A DNA stretch of 54,161 nt, taken from NCBI GenBank assembly GCA_046705365.1, contig JBJKQM010000016.1:1-54161 (forward strand), read 5' to 3'. The notes beneath the pieces were generated by a model. The model saw only the letters and a program-made list of their open reading frames with translations, had not been told where the DNA came from and did no database searches. This document shows, piece by piece, positions 52,565 to 54,161 of this stretch (positions within the stretch are counted from its first letter, which is position 1; every line of letters starts with the position of its first letter). The translations under genes and the position numbers were made by a program. This DNA comes from Thermoplasmataceae archaeon (GTDB taxonomy: Archaea; Thermoplasmatota; Thermoplasmata; Thermoplasmatales; Thermoplasmataceae).

Positions 52565-53494
52565 ATGGATATGAACAATGTAAAGCTTGACTGGGGGCCG
52601 ATTCTGGAAGGCCAGATCAAGCATCTGGAATCTCTGTATCCTGATATCCCCATTAGAAAATCTTTCCATCCATTAATAGAATCTCTGAACGCAAACCGTA
52701 TAAAATCTCGAGTAATATTAAGCGGAATTAATGTTTCAGCATACGCATTTATCACTCCAAGCAATGAACATACTGACAGATTATATGCCACAGTCGGCTT
52801 TACTGATCCACAATTTGTGAGTGCGGAAAGAACCGGCAACCTCATGAAATGGCTTGAGGATACTGCGAGAATACAGAACAGATACCTCATGCTTAATGAA
52901 ATACATAATGCCGAAGAAAAAACCGATGAGTATCTTTTTCCAAGGAAATACAGTAAATTTGTGCGAAAGAGGCTTATTCTTGACCTCAATGAAATTCCAC
53001 AAATTGATACACCGATAGAAGGGAAATTTGAGAGCATCCCCATAGGGAAAGTAAATTTTGAAAAATACTCTGACAGTGAATTTTCCGCCTTTTCCGAAAC
53101 AGCAGACCAGATTCTTTTCAACTCAACAAATCGCAGGGAAAGGATAGAGTTTTCCAAAGGTCTTTTCGCCGGTAAATTAGGCAAGGTTATTGAACCAGCT
53201 TCAAAGATACTGTCTGCTAATGGCAATATAGTTGCAGCATCCCTTGCTACTGACTACAGAAGCCTGGATGGCACAAAAACGGCACTCATTGCCAATATAT
53301 TCGTAGACAAGAAATTCCAGGGAAAAGGTATTGCAAAACACCTTCTTGTGGATACCCTGAAATCCCTCAAAAATCAGGGCTACGAAGAATGTGCATTATG
53401 GGTTTCAACCGGAAATCCAGCAAGAAATCTCTATGATAAATTTGGTTTCAAGGACACAGGAACCGTAGAGACCTTCTATTACCTTAAACCATGA
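52565..53494 (+). CDS. Protein with C-terminal GNAT acetyltransferase domain
   Basis: 309-aa ORF. The C-terminus has FQGKGIAKHLLVDTLKSLKNQGYEECALWVSTGNPARNLYDKFGF. I do not recognise the N-terminal 170 or so residues. Confidence 0.65.
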   Translation: MDMNNVKLDWGPILEGQIKHLESLYPDIPIRKSFHPLIESLNANRIKSRVILSGINVSAYAFITPSNEHTDRLYATVGFTDPQFVSAERTGNLMKWLEDTARIQNRYLMLNEIHNAEEKTDEYLFPRKYSKFVRKRLILDLNEIPQIDTPIEGKFESIPIGKVNFEKYSDSEFSAFSETADQILFNSTNRRERIEFSKGLFAGKLGKVIEPASKILSANGNIVAASLATDYRSLDGTKTALIANIFVDKKFQGKGIAKHLLVDTLKSLKNQGYEECALWVSTGNPARNLYDKFGFKDTGTVETFYYLKP

Positions 53495-53523
53495 TTACAA
53501 TTACATTTGATTTTGACCGCGCG

Positions 53524-54123
53524 TCATAAGGCGTAGGAAATCGCACTGAGAATTACAGGAATGATAAAATTGTCATCCAACGGATGGACAGAGATACTTT
53601 CCACTATTGCAGAAATCAGGGCAAGAAACAGACCGGTGAAACCCAGTAGAATGAAACCGAAAATACCGGAGAAAATGAAGATTCCAAGAAATCCTGCAAC
53701 TGACTTTTTCCTGTTGTAAGGAAGCTTTGGGGAACGAATCATTGTACCGGAAATTGTTGCAAGAGGGTCTCCTATTGTCGTTACAAACACTATGATGGCA
53801 AGGACACTTACAGAATTAATAACTCCGAGGGTGATCATTATTCCAGCAGCAAACCAGATTGCACCCAAACCAAGAGGAGTTGTAGGCCTTTCAAATGAGG
53901 AAAGTGTCTTACCTATCCTGGAGTCTGGAAGCAGTGAAAAGTAGTTTCCAAACATATAAAGAGGAATTACTGCAAGGCTCAGTGCTATCACAAAGTTTTT
54001 CTGTCCGGACGCGAAAAGGACTACAAGAATAAGGATGCCGCCGGCTATCTGAAGGAAGTCCCTTCTTACCTCTTTCGCTTTACTGACACCTTTTGAATTG
54101 TTGTTGGCCGCAACATGTTGCAT
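53524..54123 (-). CDS. CTP-transferase-1 family membrane protein (dolichol/polyprenol kinase-like)
   Basis: 199-aa polytopic ORF with TIGDPLATISGTMIRSP...NRKKSVAGFLG and DDNFIIP motifs resembling dolichol kinase/CdsA-family proteins. Confidence 0.5.
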   Translation of the reverse strand: MQHVAANNNSKGVSKAKEVRRDFLQIAGGILILVVLFASGQKNFVIALSLAVIPLYMFGNYFSLLPDSRIGKTLSSFERPTTPLGLGAIWFAAGIMITLGVINSVSVLAIIVFVTTIGDPLATISGTMIRSPKLPYNRKKSVAGFLGIFIFSGIFGFILLGFTGLFLALISAIVESISVHPLDDNFIIPVILSAISYAL

Positions 54124-54161
54124 GCTCTGTTTGTCAGTGAATAGCGCTATGGCTGTTCCAA

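Noticed and set aside
52549-53226. 225-aa minus-strand ORF overlapping the 52565-53494 gene
   Set aside because: The plus-strand frame continues into an unmistakable GNAT motif (QGKGIAK...NLYDKFGF) and reads like a globular protein throughout. The minus frame is Ser/Leu-rich.
1-54161. Scan for CRISPR arrays, rRNA genes, IS elements and long tandem repeats
   Set aside because: Reading by eye, I found no regularly spaced direct repeats, rRNA-like GC-rich structured segments, or transposase-like ORFs. A computational repeat search would be needed to exclude short or degenerate repeats.

Overview
This is a densely coding archaeal chromosomal segment with about 65 protein genes and 2 tRNAs. I saw no rRNA, CRISPR array, IS element or integrase. 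All calls rest on reading the ORF translations and the DNA by eye and on remembered family motifs; no searches were run.

An archaeal origin is supported by:
- the ether-lipid prenyltransferases GGGPS and DGGGPS
- aIF2-beta, Trm1, Elp3 and MptD
- a wHTH-fused CTP-type riboflavin kinase
- an intron-containing tRNA
- A/T-rich TATA boxes centred about 26 nt upstream of starts

Several features suggest, by inference only, an aerobic or facultative Thermoplasmata (Thermoplasmatales-like) organism:
- a class-II HMG-CoA reductase
- ThiI with a rhodanese tail
- a MOFRL glycerate kinase
- kdpFABC
- an O2-dependent homogentisate operon

Most of the window is housekeeping: purine and pyrimidine synthesis, tRNA modification, lipid synthesis, Kdp, and ABC and MFS transport.

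The best candidate for an undescribed system is a tight four-gene operon at about 18.5-21.9 kb. It encodes a small two-helix hairpin membrane protein, a polytopic membrane protein, a 2-TM protein with a soluble domain, and a VirB4/HerA-type ATPase. This looks like a minimal conjugation-derived Ced/Ted-like DNA-transfer module, with no relaxase, coupling protein or integrase in the window.

The second candidate is an RHH gene followed by a truncated FtsZ/tubulin-like gene with degenerate GTP-binding loops (32.7-33.9 kb). This echoes the cdrS-ftsZ2 synteny of other Euryarchaeota.

Smaller observations:
- an untracked 29-codon kdpF
- a THEP1-type NTPase with a broken P-loop
- an aIF2-beta-TRAM fusion
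- an intron-bearing tRNA-Tyr
- a tRNA-Arg that abuts a stop codon
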